Source: Octopus sinensis (Eukaryota). Taken from it: a stretch of 64,000 bases of DNA. A program made the position numbers and the translations under genes. The stretch spans positions 193,316,001 through 193,380,000 of the forward strand of contig NC_042998.1 of the NCBI RefSeq assembly GCF_006345805.1, in the 5' to 3' direction. Position 1 is the stretch's first letter, and each line of letters begins with the position of its first letter. Of the stretch, positions 51,661 to 64,000 are shown in pieces. The notes under the pieces are model-generated. The model searched no databases. It saw nothing but the letters and a program-made list of their open reading frames with translations, and was not told where the DNA came from.

Positions 51661-51866
51661 TGACCGCGTGTGTACCGTTGGCGATTTTTTTCCTCCGTCT
51701 TCCCTTCCTTGGATCTTTCCTTTTCCTATGTTTCTGATGAAGAGCTCCGCTGGAAACGTTAAATCTTCGTTGTTTCTTTCCTTTCCTGAGCGTCCAATAA
51801 CACTATACTTGTTCCACGTCCTCGCGTTGTTGTGTTTTCTCTTTGTGTTTTCATGTTTGGATTAAC
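51661..51866 (+). mobile_element. Penelope-like terminal-repeat fragment with hammerhead motif, in (TA)n
   Basis: Third copy; CTGATGAAGAGCTCCGCTGGAAACGTT at 51734-51760. Confidence 0.6.
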
Positions 51867-52255
51867 TTTATATATGTATATATATATATATATGTATATA
51901 TATTTATAGTGAGAATTTACAAATATAAAAAACTAAAGACGAAGACGGGTGTAAACAACAGACGGATGTATTAGTTTAACGCTCGGGAAGTGAGAAAGTC
52001 TTTTACGTTTCGAGATGGGACAAAAGTAGGACGGGTGGTGCGGTGGTAGAAGGCTGGGAGGGAGGGAGGAGATGAGAGGTATGTGGGTGGGGGTTGGGAT
52101 GGACGGAGAAGTTTGGTGAGGATGGGGAACGTATCATGGGGGGAGAGTGGTAGGGGAGGATTTGGGGTAGTGGCATTGGGTGTGATGGAATGGAGGCGTG
52201 AGTGGAGTTTACCTTGTTTGGTGTGAGCGAGAAATTGATGAAGTATTATTTTGTG

Positions 52256-52580
52256 AAGGCGCATGGCTCAGTGATTAGAGCGTCGAGCTTGCGATCGGGA
52301 GGTTGTGAGTTCGATTCCCGGACCGGGATGCGTGTTGTGTTCTTGAACGAGACACTTTATTTCACGTTGTTCCAGTTCGCTCAGCTGTAGAAATGGGCTG
52401 CGACGTCACAGGTGCCAAGCTGTCTCGACCTTTGCTTTTCCCTTGGATAACATCGGTGGCGTGGAGAGGGGAGGCTAGTATGCATGGGCGACTGTTGGTC
52501 TTCCATAAACCACCTTGCCCAAACTTGTGCCTCGGATGATATCATTCTAAGTGCAATCCCATCGTCATTCATGATCGAAG
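52256..52580 (+). mobile_element. CORE-type SINE, second family
   Basis: Reverse-complement homologue of 22563-22895. Confidence 0.8.
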
Positions 52581-52617
52581 TTTCAGAAAAGTAATAAATT
52601 TCTAAATTTATTTAAGA

Positions 52618-53011
52618 ACTAGCAGTATCACCCGGCGTTGCTCGGGTTTGTTTCGACCCTTTAGAATTGGAATTTTTTAAAAGTAAAACTTTTGTTATAT
52701 GTAGCTTGTTATTCTCTTAAAGTGAACATTTTTCTGGTTGACATACTCCGAAAAATGGCGACACAGCAGTCAAAAAATCGTAAAAAATAGGGATTTTCAT
52801 AGAAAAAACGCACCTTTTTGATGTAAATAATTTTTGGTGTTAACATGATCCGATTTGAAGTTTTTCTTCTACGGAAGTAGGAGCATGCCTTCTTCTATCA
52901 TACTCTCAATTTTGGTCAACTTACGCTGCAGGGTCTCGGAGGAGATAGTGTTAGTTGAAGGCTACCAAACCTGCCATACACAGACAACTTCAGCTTTATA
53001 TATAGAAAGAT
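52618..53011 (+). mobile_element. Non-autonomous Helitron/Helentron-like element (DINE-1/Lep1-like layout)
   Basis: Starts ACTAGCAGTATCACCCGGCGTTGCTCGGG (short hairpin) and ends CACAGACAAC..CTTTATATATAGAAAGAT. Confidence 0.6.
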
Positions 53012-54354
53012 TGTTGAGAGTTACAGATGAGCAATAATATAGGGACCTAAGATATAAAGAACAAGATATTATTCTTTGCTATGAAATTCGATCACCTGAA
53101 CTTTCTTCAGGATGCAAGTGATGGTATTACAGGTAACTGACAGGTATTGTTGCTTACAAGACTGAAAGTATCTCCACGGTGTTGCAGAACGAAAATATAT
53201 GCAGCTAAATGGTGTCACATCCATGTCCACGATGTGTTGCAATATTAGTGATGAGATATTTAAAGCACATGTATTAGAGACATTATATGACTTACAATTA
53301 TGTAAGATAACATATCTGGTAAATTCGAACGTATGCTACACTGAATTTAGAATGTAAAAATCTCGAATAAAATACAGAGTAGATAATGTAAAGAATTCTT
53401 TTCAATCTGTATTCAGCTTTAGAAGACAACCTTTTCCTGTTTTTTTTTTTTATGCGGTTGTGTTTAGCAAACGTATAATCACCAAGGTAGTGAATAGGCG
53501 TTGGAAATTATCTACAGAATATCTAACTGAAACTTGAATCTAATCACAACATAGTAGCACAGTTATAATTCACTCTGGGTTCCGAGTGAGCTGAGTATAT
53601 AATTTTTGAAGGTAAGAAATGAAGTATTGTGTATAATTACGACCACTTGCTTTTAGTAAGCAATTATGGAAAGGTGGTCATTGATGTAATTATTAGGGAG
53701 GCGCTGTTCTAGGTGATTGTATTAGGTATGGATTATTGTTTACAATAAATGTACGACATTACATCAAAAATGTTGAGATGACTTAGACAATAGAATGTCC
53801 GGCTGAACTTTTTAATGCAATCAGTTTGGTGTGTCAATACAGTTTGGTGTGTCATGGTCAATAGTATAGATATTTATTGCAACAAACTGGTCCAATTAAG
53901 ATGATAATACCTCTTATTCTTGTACCTAATTAAAAGAAATCAGACGGCTTACCAGATATATTTTGGATAAAAAGATAACGATCTATTTGTCTCACGTAAC
54001 ACTCTGATAAACTATAAATTATTGATTTTTTTTTCTTATTTAGAAAAATCGGAAGATCAATTTGAAAGACAGGGGCAGTTGATTGAAAGATGTACATATC
54101 ACGTCTTCCGAAAAATATTAGCAAGAATTGAACCTGGGTCACAGACTCGGTTTACTGGGAAACGAAGGGGCCAATGAATGGGTGCCTGTTTCGTCTCACG
54201 ATCTGACAGAAAGAGCAGCTTCATTTCCCTCAAATGGCACACCACCATCTTAAAACGAGGATGATATATTAGTTAATTTTGTCTAATTATTTTATTACAA
54301 CAAACAGTTTGTTACAGTATGGTTACAGCTGCAATATCTCTCTGGCATTTATCT

Positions 54355-54724
54355 TACTTACTTGTACTTGTGATGGCGTTCACCCAGGGCGGGTTGAGCC
54401 GGCTTCTTCTCTCGTAGAAGAAGTTTCGTGGGAATATTGAACTCACAAGCGATCCCCGACATGCCGCATGCATATCACGAGTGGCGGGACGCCCTGTTTG
54501 CCGTAGAGTCTCCACAGACGCAGGGACAGAACGTCCTCGAAGCCGCCAGTTGCCGATCAGATGCCTCGTGGAATTTTCACCAGGCTGCGGCTCTAATACC
54601 GCTCGGTGCCAGATCAATCCGCTTTGGGTGGCCCTACCGGGAACCGAAGTTCCCGGCGGCATAGCTCTGACACTGCCCGTTTACACCACCCTACCGCTTT
54701 GAGGAGGGGTTGGACTTTAGGGTA
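54355..54724 (-). mobile_element. 370-bp bipartite non-autonomous RTE-type retroelement
   Basis: 11-bp TSD GGCATTTATCT at 54344-54354 and 54725-54735. The minus strand has the RTE/BovB-like 5' UTR motif GAGCTATGCCG..GGTAGGGCCACCCAA and an (AAGT)n-like 3' tail. Confidence 0.6.
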
Positions 54725-55487
54725 GGCATTTATCTATTCGATCAGAGCTGATCTGAGATTAAACAACAATTCCACACAAGGTATACCACTCATCTTCTGA
54801 AACATGACTGATCAGTAGAGTATTCGTAACATTGGTTCTACTGTGGAGTTGGAAAATTTCTGATATCAGTGAGTGCTTCTCTGTGTTCTTCAATGATGCC
54901 CGTTAATGCCCCTCTCTTCATGCTGGTATCACTGTTATATTATAACATTTTAAACATTTTATTTCTTTTCTAGAATAGTAATAAATAATATATATTTTCT
55001 ATTATCGATATATTTCAGCTTTCCTCGCAGATATATTGATTATAACAAAAAAAATAATAATAACTTGTTCGTATTCTAGGATCAGCTTCGGGGAATAAAA
55101 AATTGGGATTTTTTTTTATTTTGACATATTTCTGATACATCTCATTCATCTGTATTGTACAAAGCCAAATTTAAAAGAACTTTATGAATAATTTAAGAGT
55201 CTATGTACATCTGTAAACTTTTACGTAAGAGTAGTACAAACAAAATCCTCTGTTTATGAAATAATGAAATCGTCGAATTTATGACAACATATGATATATT
55301 AATGTTTAAGGCGTTACATTAGAAAGCAGTTTTTCAGTTTGAAATAAATTTAGGAAAATATCCCTTCTGAATTTTACAACGATTCCTCACAGTTTTGAAA
55401 TATTACATCTAGTTGGTTACGCTACTATTATATTCGTACAACAGACAAATCAATAGAAAATAATGCTTTGTAATATTTGGGTGACGT

Positions 55488-55885
55488 AAGGCTGCGAGCT
55501 AGCAGAATAGTTACCAAGCCTGGAAAAATGCTTAGCTGTATTTCGTCTGCCGCTACGTTCTGGGTTCAAATTCCGCCGAGGTCGACTTTGCCTTTCATCC
55601 TTTCGGGTTCGATAAATTAAGTACCAGTTATGCACTGGGGTCGATGTAATCGACTTAATCCGTTTGTCTGTCCTTGTTTCTCCTCTGTGTGTTTAGCCCA
55701 TTGTGGGCAGTAAAGAAATAAGTATAGTACCAAGCCTGGACAAATGCTTTGTGGTTTTCCACTGCTATCGATATTTGCCTTTCATCTCTTCAGGTTCGAT
55801 AAAATAATTACCAATTCAGCCGAGCACTCGGGTCGATGTAATAGACTTACCCGTTCCTCTCGAAATTGCTGGCCTTGTAATTTGA
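55488..55885 (+). mobile_element. Tail-1 family-S SINE nested in the head of a tail-2 copy
   Basis: Tail ends at 55720 and is followed by AGTATAGTACCAAGCCTGG, which repeats AGAATAGTTACCAAGCCTGG in the head. This is the position homologous to AGAAACGTTAGCACG. Confidence 0.7.
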
Positions 55886-56679
55886 AATTAATATTTAGGT
55901 GACTGACGTTTCCTCTAATCTTTAGTAAGCAGATGACGATTACTACGACGACAATGATAAAAATGATGAACAATAACAGTGAAAAGCTGTTGAATAGGAT
56001 CCGAAACTTATACTCTTCGTTTTGTATATTGTTTAGACAGTGCACATATTCACGCCACCCGTGTAAATGTACATAGCAAAATTAACTATATTCACCACTT
56101 TAGAAATTTTCATTTTCTTGTATACATTGAAAAATTGTTCTATCACTGTAAATGAAGAATTTCCCCAAAATAAAATCATTAATACTTTCTGCATCAAACT
56201 ATTTCTCTTGGAAATTCCTTATATTCAACATTAAGAAATCCGTTTCAATGACATTTGATATTCAATTCAGATTAGAATCAGCGATTTACAAATATAGTGA
56301 CACACTACGATGACATAATATGTTACACGATACAGAATGCTGACTCAACTGAATTGATGCTCTGCAGCACTTTAGACAAATGACTTCTAGTTTAGCCCCG
56401 ATCCGACCAATATCTTGTCAGTCAGTTTGGCAGGCGGAAACTATGTGCAAGCCTGACGTGTGTACATGTACATACATCAGATCGATTCAATTAACTAAAC
56501 ACTTGAAGCTGGTGCCCCAGCATGGCCGCAGTCTAATGTCTTAAACAAGTATAATATAGAAGATAAAAGACATAGAATAATAGCACTTTCTTAGTGACAA
56601 AGGATGATTATAATTAATAACAGAAATGTGTGAGTCTGTGTCATGCTGAGCCATACTTGTATCATTATTTATTCTTCAT

Positions 56680-57635
56680 TCGTCTGTCTTTACGTTGAGT
56701 TCAAATTCCGCTGAGGTCGACTTTGCCTTTCATCCTTTCTGGGTCGATAAATTAAGTACCAGTTGCGAACTGGGGTCGATCTAATTGACTGGCTCTCTCC
56801 CCAAAATTTCGGACCTTGCGCCTGGAGTATAAAAGATTATTTATCCTTCACAAGGCGGCGGGCTGGCAACACCGTTAACATACAGAGTGAAATGTTTATC
56901 GCTATTTCGTCTGCCGCTACGTTCTGAGTTCAAATTCCACCGAGGTCGACTTTGTCTTTCATCCTTTCGGGGTCGATTAAATGAGTACCAGTTACGCACT
57001 GCGATCGATATAACCGACTTAATCCGTTTGTCCCTTCTGTGTTTAGCCCCTTGTGGGTAGTAAAGAAATAGGTATTTCGTCTGCCGCTACGTTCTGAGTT
57101 CAAATTCCGCCGAGGTCGACTTTGCCTTTCATCCTTTCGGGGTCGATAAAGTAAGTACCAGTCGAGCACTGGGGTCGATGTAATCGACTATCCCCCACCC
57201 AAACATTTCTGGCTTTGTACCTATAACAGAAAGGATTATCTATTCTTTATGTATAGGCGGCGCGCTGGCAGAAACGTTAGCACGCCGGGCAAAATGCTTA
57301 GAGTCATTTCACTCGTCTTTACGTTCTCAGTTCAAATTCTGCAGAGGTCGACTTTGCCTTTCATCCTTTCGGGGTCGATAAAGTAAGTACCAGTCGAGCA
57401 CTGGGGTCGATGTAATCGACTATCCCCTACCCAAACATTTCTGGCTTTGTACCTATAACAGAAAGGATTATCTATTCTTTATGTATAGGCGGAAACGTTA
57501 GCACGCCGGGCAAAATGCTTAGAGTCATTTCACTCGTCTTTACGTTCTCAGTTCAAATTCTGCAGAGGTCGACTTTGCCTCTTATCCTCTTCCCCAAAAT
57601 TTCAGGCCTTGTGCCTATAGTACAAAGGGTTATTT
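56680..57635 (+). mobile_element. Cluster of five family-S SINE copies (mostly tail 2; one tail-1 copy nested at 57070/57071)
   Basis: Repeated cores GTTCTGAGTTCAAATTCC..GGGGTCGATAAA; junction TAAAGAAATA/GGTATTTCGTC, followed by a core that ends in tail 2. Confidence 0.8.
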
Positions 57636-58083
57636 ATTCTCCATGTCTTGCTGGAATTACATCACCTCGCTGCAACTCACCAATTGTATACTCTTCTATA
57701 TTTCATGGCACTCAACACAGATTTTTACCTCCACAAATCACAAAGCATCACATAAAGGCGTTTCTTCAAAATTATTGTTTCTGTTGTTTAACCTAGGACC
57801 AACCAACGTTCAAAGACATTCCAGTCATGACCATTCCATTTTTCAGAGTTTTTCAGACTTAATAATCTTATGTATTTTGCTCTTAAATAAAAGATGAGGT
57901 GTGATCTGAAGGGGTTTTTTCGATGCTATTTCTAGCAGATCGAACGATTACCTACAGGTTTCCTCGTTGGTTCCATCAGTTTCTATTTCCAGGGTCACTA
58001 AATCGCAAAACACGCCTTCCTCCATTTACTGCACCATCCGACAACTTACGTTCTGTCTAGAATTATTCTTAGTCCCATTCATT

Positions 58084-58373
58084 CCTTCTCGAGCCACGCC
58101 TGGCTCATAAGGGCCGGTTTCCCGGTTTCCTTGGTGTATAGGTTAACCACCTGGACGGGTCGCTGGACCGTTATAGGTGAGCTGCAAAATGCAGGAAGAA
58201 AGAGTGATAGAAAGTTGTGGCGAAAGAGTCAGCAGAAGTTCGCCATTACCTTTTGCCGGAGCTGCGTGGAACTTAGGTGTTTCACTCATAAACACACACA
58301 TCGCCCGCCCGGTCTGAGATTCGAACCCGCGATCCCTCGACCGTGAGTCCGCTGCTCTAGCATGTGCCTCCAC
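58084..58373 (-). mobile_element. tRNA-derived SINE (4073-4379 family)
   Basis: Aligns end to end with 4073-4379, with a short deletion in the A-box region. Confidence 0.8.
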
Positions 58374-58398
58374 TAAAATAAATGCGCCCTTTTAAATC

Positions 58399-58628
58399 CT
58401 AGCCAAGCTCATGGGCCCAGTTTCCCGGTTTCTATGGGGTATGTGTTCCCCAGCTGGACGGGACGCCAGTCCATCGCAGCGTTACTCATTTTTGCCAGTT
58501 GAGTGGACTGGAGCAACGTGAAATGAAGTATTTTGCTCAAAACACAACGCGTCGCCCGGTCCAGGAATCGAAACCACAATCTTACGATCATGATGCTGAC
58601 ACCCTAACCACTAAGCCACGCGCTTCCA
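58399..58628 (-). mobile_element. CORE-type SINE with GAAACCGGGAAAC-type tail
   Basis: tRNA-like head plus core; the 3' part is shared with the 4073-4379 and 47641-47927 tails. Confidence 0.75.
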
Positions 58629-59643
58629 CCAGTCTCATTCATTGATCTGCTGAGTGATTTATTACACTCAACAAGTAGTGAATGGTCTCCTCAAACAAGG
58701 ATATGGAGCAACTTCTCTTATCTATATCCAGTTCTCATCTACATTCTACCTCTAAAAGATTCTTTTCAGTTAATCCTCCAGTTCTTACAAAGTTGTTACT
58801 TTCTTAAATTGATTTCAAAACATCTGCATTATTAATAAATCAGTTACAATATTCTTTGCTCAAATTGTTGATTTGTTGGAGATGCACAATATCTCTCAGC
58901 TGAAAGCCATACATTTATCCTGAAGATAATCATTGTGGCTCCAATTAATCAATTACAACTAAATAGGCCAATACCAGTTTGCTGTGGAATTGAAGGGCCA
59001 TACTTAGACTATTGTCTTTTCAGTTACTATTGACAAGTAATTGCCGCCACTGAAAGAACATTTACACATTAAAAAGTAAATTAACGAAAATTCTATTTGC
59101 TTCTGAATTTGCTGCAAAAGAATAAATACGGTGCTGAGAGAGAAACGGCCGAATCATATGGCTCCATATATTTTACAACCTTCATATTTCTATTGCTAAA
59201 CATTCATGTGAAAAAGGGGGTTAAAATGTTAGCTATCTCTTTTCGAAATCACTAAATATTTGCAATCGGATTTTTTTTAAATTAAATAAATACGTTATTA
59301 TGCTGAATGGTGAATGGAATCGAAGTAAATAGCTGTACCGATCGATGATATCTGATAGACTTTCTCCTGTAATTATTTCATGATTTCACGCAATTTTCCT
59401 TCATAATATCGAAGGACATTTTACACATATTAAAAGTATCTTTGTCTCGAATCGTATAACGAACTATATCTGTTTATTATTTATTTATTCATTTTTAATG
59501 AAATTTACCCAGCGAAACATTTATTAATGTTAATCTGATTAATAAATGATGACGCTTCAATATAGTCACTTAAAAGCTATGGAAACGACTTTCAAAGAGT
59601 AAATAACGTTCAATCCCTTGAACCAGCCATTTACCCTGCTAAA

Positions 59644-60033
59644 GTGGAGGCGCAATGGCCCAGTGGTTAGGGCAGCGGACTCGCGGTCATAGGATAGCGG
59701 TTTCGATTCCCAGACCGGGCGTTGTGAGTGTTTATTGAGCGAAAACACCTAAAAGCTCCACGAGGCTCCGGCAGGAGATGGTGGTGATCCCTGCTGTACT
59801 CTTTCACCACAACTTTCTCTCACTCTTACTTCCTGTTTCTGTTGTACCTGTATTTCAAAGGGCCGGCCTTGTCACTCTCTGTGTCACGCTGAATATCCCT
59901 GAGAACTACGTTAAGGGTGCACGTGTCTGTGGAGTGCTCAGCCACTTACACGTTAATTTCACGAGTAGGCTGTTCCGTTGATTCGGATCAACCGGAACCC
60001 TCGTCGTCGTAACCGACGGAGTGCTTCCATCCA
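59644..60033 (+). mobile_element. Full-length tRNA-derived SINE, long-body variant
   Basis: Near-identical to 1324-1713; TSD core CCTGCTAAA at 59635-59643 and 60038-60046. Confidence 0.85.
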
Positions 60034-60288
60034 TTATCCTGCTAAAATTGCCGAACCACAAACAAATATTTTTCTTAAGTTTGCTTTTTAATTTCTTTGT
60101 TTTCGTTCCACATTAAACCTTCTCAATAGTTTTCTGGTGTGAGAGACAACCAATTTAATAAACTCTAATGATTACTATTAGTCAAGTAGTTCATAGATAA
60201 TATAATAATGAAAGCTTTAATAATATATTTAGAAGAGGTAAGTAAGGATAGAAATATATTTGAAGTTGTGAAAGCAGAATATTGATAC

Positions 60289-60364
<76 letters not shown>

Positions 60365-60582
60365 TTATCATTCACAAACTTAGATCTTGTCTATTTAGAA
60401 ATTCCGCTTAGTTTAAATGGCTGACATCTCTCACTCCCAATGTCTTATATTTTTAAATAGAAAGAATATTTCAAATGCATTTCTGAAATCTTCCTGTAAA
60501 TGAATATGGTATGACACGCTAATCTCGAGCGATGCAGTTGTATTAATACATGCATATATAAATACATGCATTTATAGATACT

Positions 60583-60815
60583 AAGGTGGTGAGCTGGCAG
60601 AACCGTTAGCACGCCGGGCGAAATGCGTAGCCGTATTTCGTCTGCCGTTACGTTCTGAGTTCAAATTCCGCCGAGGTCGACTTTGCCTTTCATCCTTTCG
60701 GGGTCGATAAATTAAGTACCAGTTACGCACTGGGGTCGATGTAATCGACTTAATCCGTTGGTCTGTCCTTGTTTTTCTCCTCTGTGTTTAGCCCCTTGTG
60801 GGTAGTAAAGAAATA
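60583..60815 (+). mobile_element. Full-length family-S SINE, tail type 1
   Basis: Complete head, core and tail; serves as the uninterrupted reference for the split copy at 32894/46801. Confidence 0.9.
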
Positions 60816-61379
60816 TATGTTTGTAGATAAGATAAAGAGTCACAAAAAGCCATAAAGAATCGTGGAAAGAGTTAAGAAAGGCAACATTCGTTTAAATATC
60901 TCAGGAAAAGGAGGAGTAAATCAAACAAATGTTACCTTTAACTTTTAAATGGTTAGTGTTAAACCAGATGACCGAATAAGTCTGCAACCAAGGAACATGG
61001 TCGTTACCTGTACTAATCTTACACCCTCTTTCTCTCTACCAAATTTCCCTTATAAGGTGTTTTACTTACGAGTCTTTAATAGAAACCATTTTCCAAAATC
61101 TTGTGCAATGATATCGAATCCGAAAGCACATAATTAAATAGCGAATCTCTTCACCATACAACCATCACAATATCTTATCTTTGCTACTTATAATAAAAGA
61201 CTTCTTGAACTGTAACAAGCTATTACACGAAATGGTTCTGCCTACAAACAGATGCTACGATGCTGTGATATGACGTTATTAAAGCAGATTGACGCCAGTG
61301 AAGATCGTTATCGTCGCCATTGTGAAGATCACCTTCGGGGAATGATGTCGAATGCGAGTGAGTGGACAGGCTGATGTAG

Positions 61380-61900
61380 GAGGATGAAGAAGGAAAAACG
61401 AGAAAGAAGACTGTCAAAGGAGAAGGGAAATAAAACCATAGAGAATACTGCAGATGTTGCGGTTGAAGTTGATAAGGAGGAGGAGGAGGAGGAGGAGGAG
61501 GAGGGGGCGCAGGAGGAGGAGGGGAGGGGAAGGGGCAGTTGCAGGAAGAGCAAGAGCAGGAGGAGCAGGAGGTGGGGGAGGGGAGGAAGAGGTGCGGGAG
61601 GAGCAGGAGAAGAAGCAGGTGCAGGAGGAGGGGAGGCGGAGCAGGATGAAGTGGAAGAGGAGGAGGGGAGGAGCGGGAGGAGGAGCGGGAGGAGGAGCAG
61701 GTGCAAGAGGAGCAGGAGCAGCAGAAGGCGGAGGAGGGGGAGGAGAAGCAGGAGGAAGTGGAAGAGGAGGAGGAGGGTGTTAGGGATGGCAGTGACGATG
61801 TCGAGAAAGATGAAAATTATTAAATAAGAAAAAAGGAAGAAACTGGAAGATAACAAATAGATGATGATGATGATGTTGTTGATGATGATTACGAAAAGGT
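61380..61900. repeat. Purine-rich (GGA)n/(GAT)n low-complexity tract
   Basis: Degenerate GGA/GAG repeats; ORFs in several frames are compositional. Confidence 0.8.
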
Positions 61901-62213
61901 AAGAGTAGGGGAGGAGCTGCAACAATCAGAAGACGAGGATTTGGGAATATGATTGGGCAGGAAGAGAGAAGGTAACATTTTATTGGAGGAGATATCGCAG
62001 GTGTAATTGGTAAATAAAATGTCGGTTTGTAAAATGTTACTGACGACAATAATAACTACAGCACGGATTTGTTAGTACAGCGTTAGTCTCGGTTTCTTCT
62101 GAGTCGACTTCAAATCCCACCGATGCTACCTCTGTATTTTAGCCGTTTGGTGTCAATAAACACACATACGCATACACACACGGAACACACACACACACTC
62201 ACTCCCTCTCTCT

Positions 62214-62258
<45 letters not shown>

Positions 62259-62499
62259 TCTCTCTCTCTCTCTCTTTCTCTCCTCACATTGAATTGTATA
62301 GTTGTATCTGTAATTCAAGATCCTCACCTTCTGATAATGTCACATTCTTTTACTCATTGAGAATTGTGCAAAGAGTGCATGTGTCGGCGGAATTCTCAGC
62401 CATTTATACGTTAATTTCCGGAGGAATTCAGTTGGAAGAAAATCTGAATGTTCATCGTTATCACCGAGGGAAGATCCACCACAGCACTTCTAGATAATT

Positions 62500-62688
62500 C
62501 TTTCTCTTTTAAACACAAGGCCTGAAATTTCGTGTGAGGCGAGTAAATCGATTCCATTGCATCCAGAACTCAACTGGTACTTATTTTATCGACCCCGAAA
62601 AGAAGAAAGGCACAGTCGACCTCGGCAGTATTTGAACTCAGAACATGAAGACAGATGAAATTCTGCTAAGCATTTTACCTGGCGTGCT
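62500..62688 (-). mobile_element. Degenerate family-S SINE, tail type 2
   Basis: Core ATCGACCCCGAAAAG..GTCGACCTCGGC..TTTGAACTCAGAAC and tail CACAAGGCCTGAAATTT. Confidence 0.7.
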
Positions 62689-63569
62689 GCTTAACACATT
62701 TCCTGTGTCCTTAGTCCAAATAAAGGGAAGTACACCACCGTTATTTAGTCATAAGGACACAGGAAATGTGTCAAGGCCGACAGGAAGCGTTGGTGCTTCC
62801 TAGAGCTAAATAGCGGTGGTGTGATTCCCTTTATGGGACTGTCACGTTAAGTTGACAATATACAACTGCTCTATCGTTCCACCACTGTTTATATCTCTCT
62901 GAGATATTTAGAAATTTAATATTTCTACTTTTTATATTATTAAATAGAAATCTCAAAACAAATATCTAAAAACAAAATTAAATTTGAATTTTAAAATGTG
63001 ATTCCACCGATAACCACACACTACTATCGAAACACTCAAAGAAGAATTAACTTATATTTCATTAGAATTTTTTAAATAATCAATCAGTCGAGAACCTCAA
63101 TCTATCCAATATTTTCCCTTTCTATTTTACACGAAAACTTTATCTGAAGCAAACGAGTAATTATGGCACTTCTTGATAATGCCTTAATAATATAGACGAC
63201 GGTGGTTGTAATGGTGATGTGTTGCAGTTGAGTTGGTGATGCTGATGGCAGCGGTGATGGGGGTTGTGGTGGCGATATTTCTACTGTGGTGGTGATGTTT
63301 CTACTGTGGTTGCTGATGATAGTGGTTATGCTTGTGGATGATGGGATTGCTTTTGCATATTGGTTTTCTTGTTATTGGAAGTGCTGCTGGCGAAGATGGT
63401 GGTGGTATGAGTATAAGACAGACAGTAATGAAAAAAAAAGATCATAAAATTAAATTAACTTTGAGCCTGACATAAAACCTCATGCTCTTCCGTCCGGTGT
63501 TCCAGCTGAGACAGTTATGTAAACCGGCAAACGTATCCTGTATTATCGTGAAACAAATTAGTATGCTTA

Positions 63570-63637
63570 CACACACACATACACAGACACACACATCACA
63601 TACTATCACACATATCTCTTTATATATATCTACGCAT

Positions 63638-63698
<61 letters not shown>

Positions 63699-63725
63699 TA
63701 GGTGTGTGTGTGTGTGTACATATAC

Positions 63726-63812
<87 letters not shown>

Positions 63813-63905
63813 TAGATATAGATATATACATATATATATATATATAATATATATATATATACATGAGTGTATATATATATATATACGTGTGTATATATAT
63901 ATGCA
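63570..63905. repeat. Compound (CA)/(TA)/(GA)/(GATA) microsatellite
   Basis: Direct simple repeats. Confidence 0.95.
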
Positions 63906-64000
63906 TGTGTGCATGAGTGTTGTGTAATGCAGTATGTTTTAATCAGGAAACTTTATATAAGGTTAGGTCACTGGAATATGTTATGTAATAGCTGGAACGT

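Noticed and set aside
61384-61827. 147-aa Glu/Arg/Ser-rich ORF as a host exon
   Set aside because: Low-complexity GGA repeats open in several frames; no domain or splice support.

Overview
Eukaryotic, AT-rich, repeat-dense DNA with no host gene I can support. The SINE families and long (TA)n/(CA)n tracts resemble those of Octopus; this is inferred, not tested. The flanks (1-32.9 kb, 46.8-64 kb) are a mosaic of tRNA-derived SINEs, CR1-type LINE 3' ends, decayed Tc1/mariner elements, MITE/Helentron-like elements, Penelope-like terminal repeats with hammerhead-ribozyme motifs, and microsatellites. The outstanding feature is a 13.9-kb head-to-tail array (32918-46800) of eight ~1.7-kb units. Each unit carries one ~470-aa LINE ORF1/Gag-like reading frame (RRM-like region, CX2CX4HX4C knuckle, basic/Pro linker, unrecognised ~90-aa C-terminal domain) and no reverse transcriptase or endonuclease. 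The whole array splits one SINE at AGAAACG, and that motif recurs at six of the seven internal junctions. Each unit ends in the same ~45-nt 3' tail as that SINE family, with no poly(A). Seven units are near-identical (type A). Unit 2 (type B) has a protein ~60% identical over the core by manual count, yet keeps the same 5' end, 3' tail and an RNA hairpin with structure-preserving substitutions. The best reading is a Gag-only non-autonomous retrotransposon family (HeT-A/HAL1-like logic) that targets a SINE and borrows the RT of an unseen partner LINE that also mobilises the SINE.
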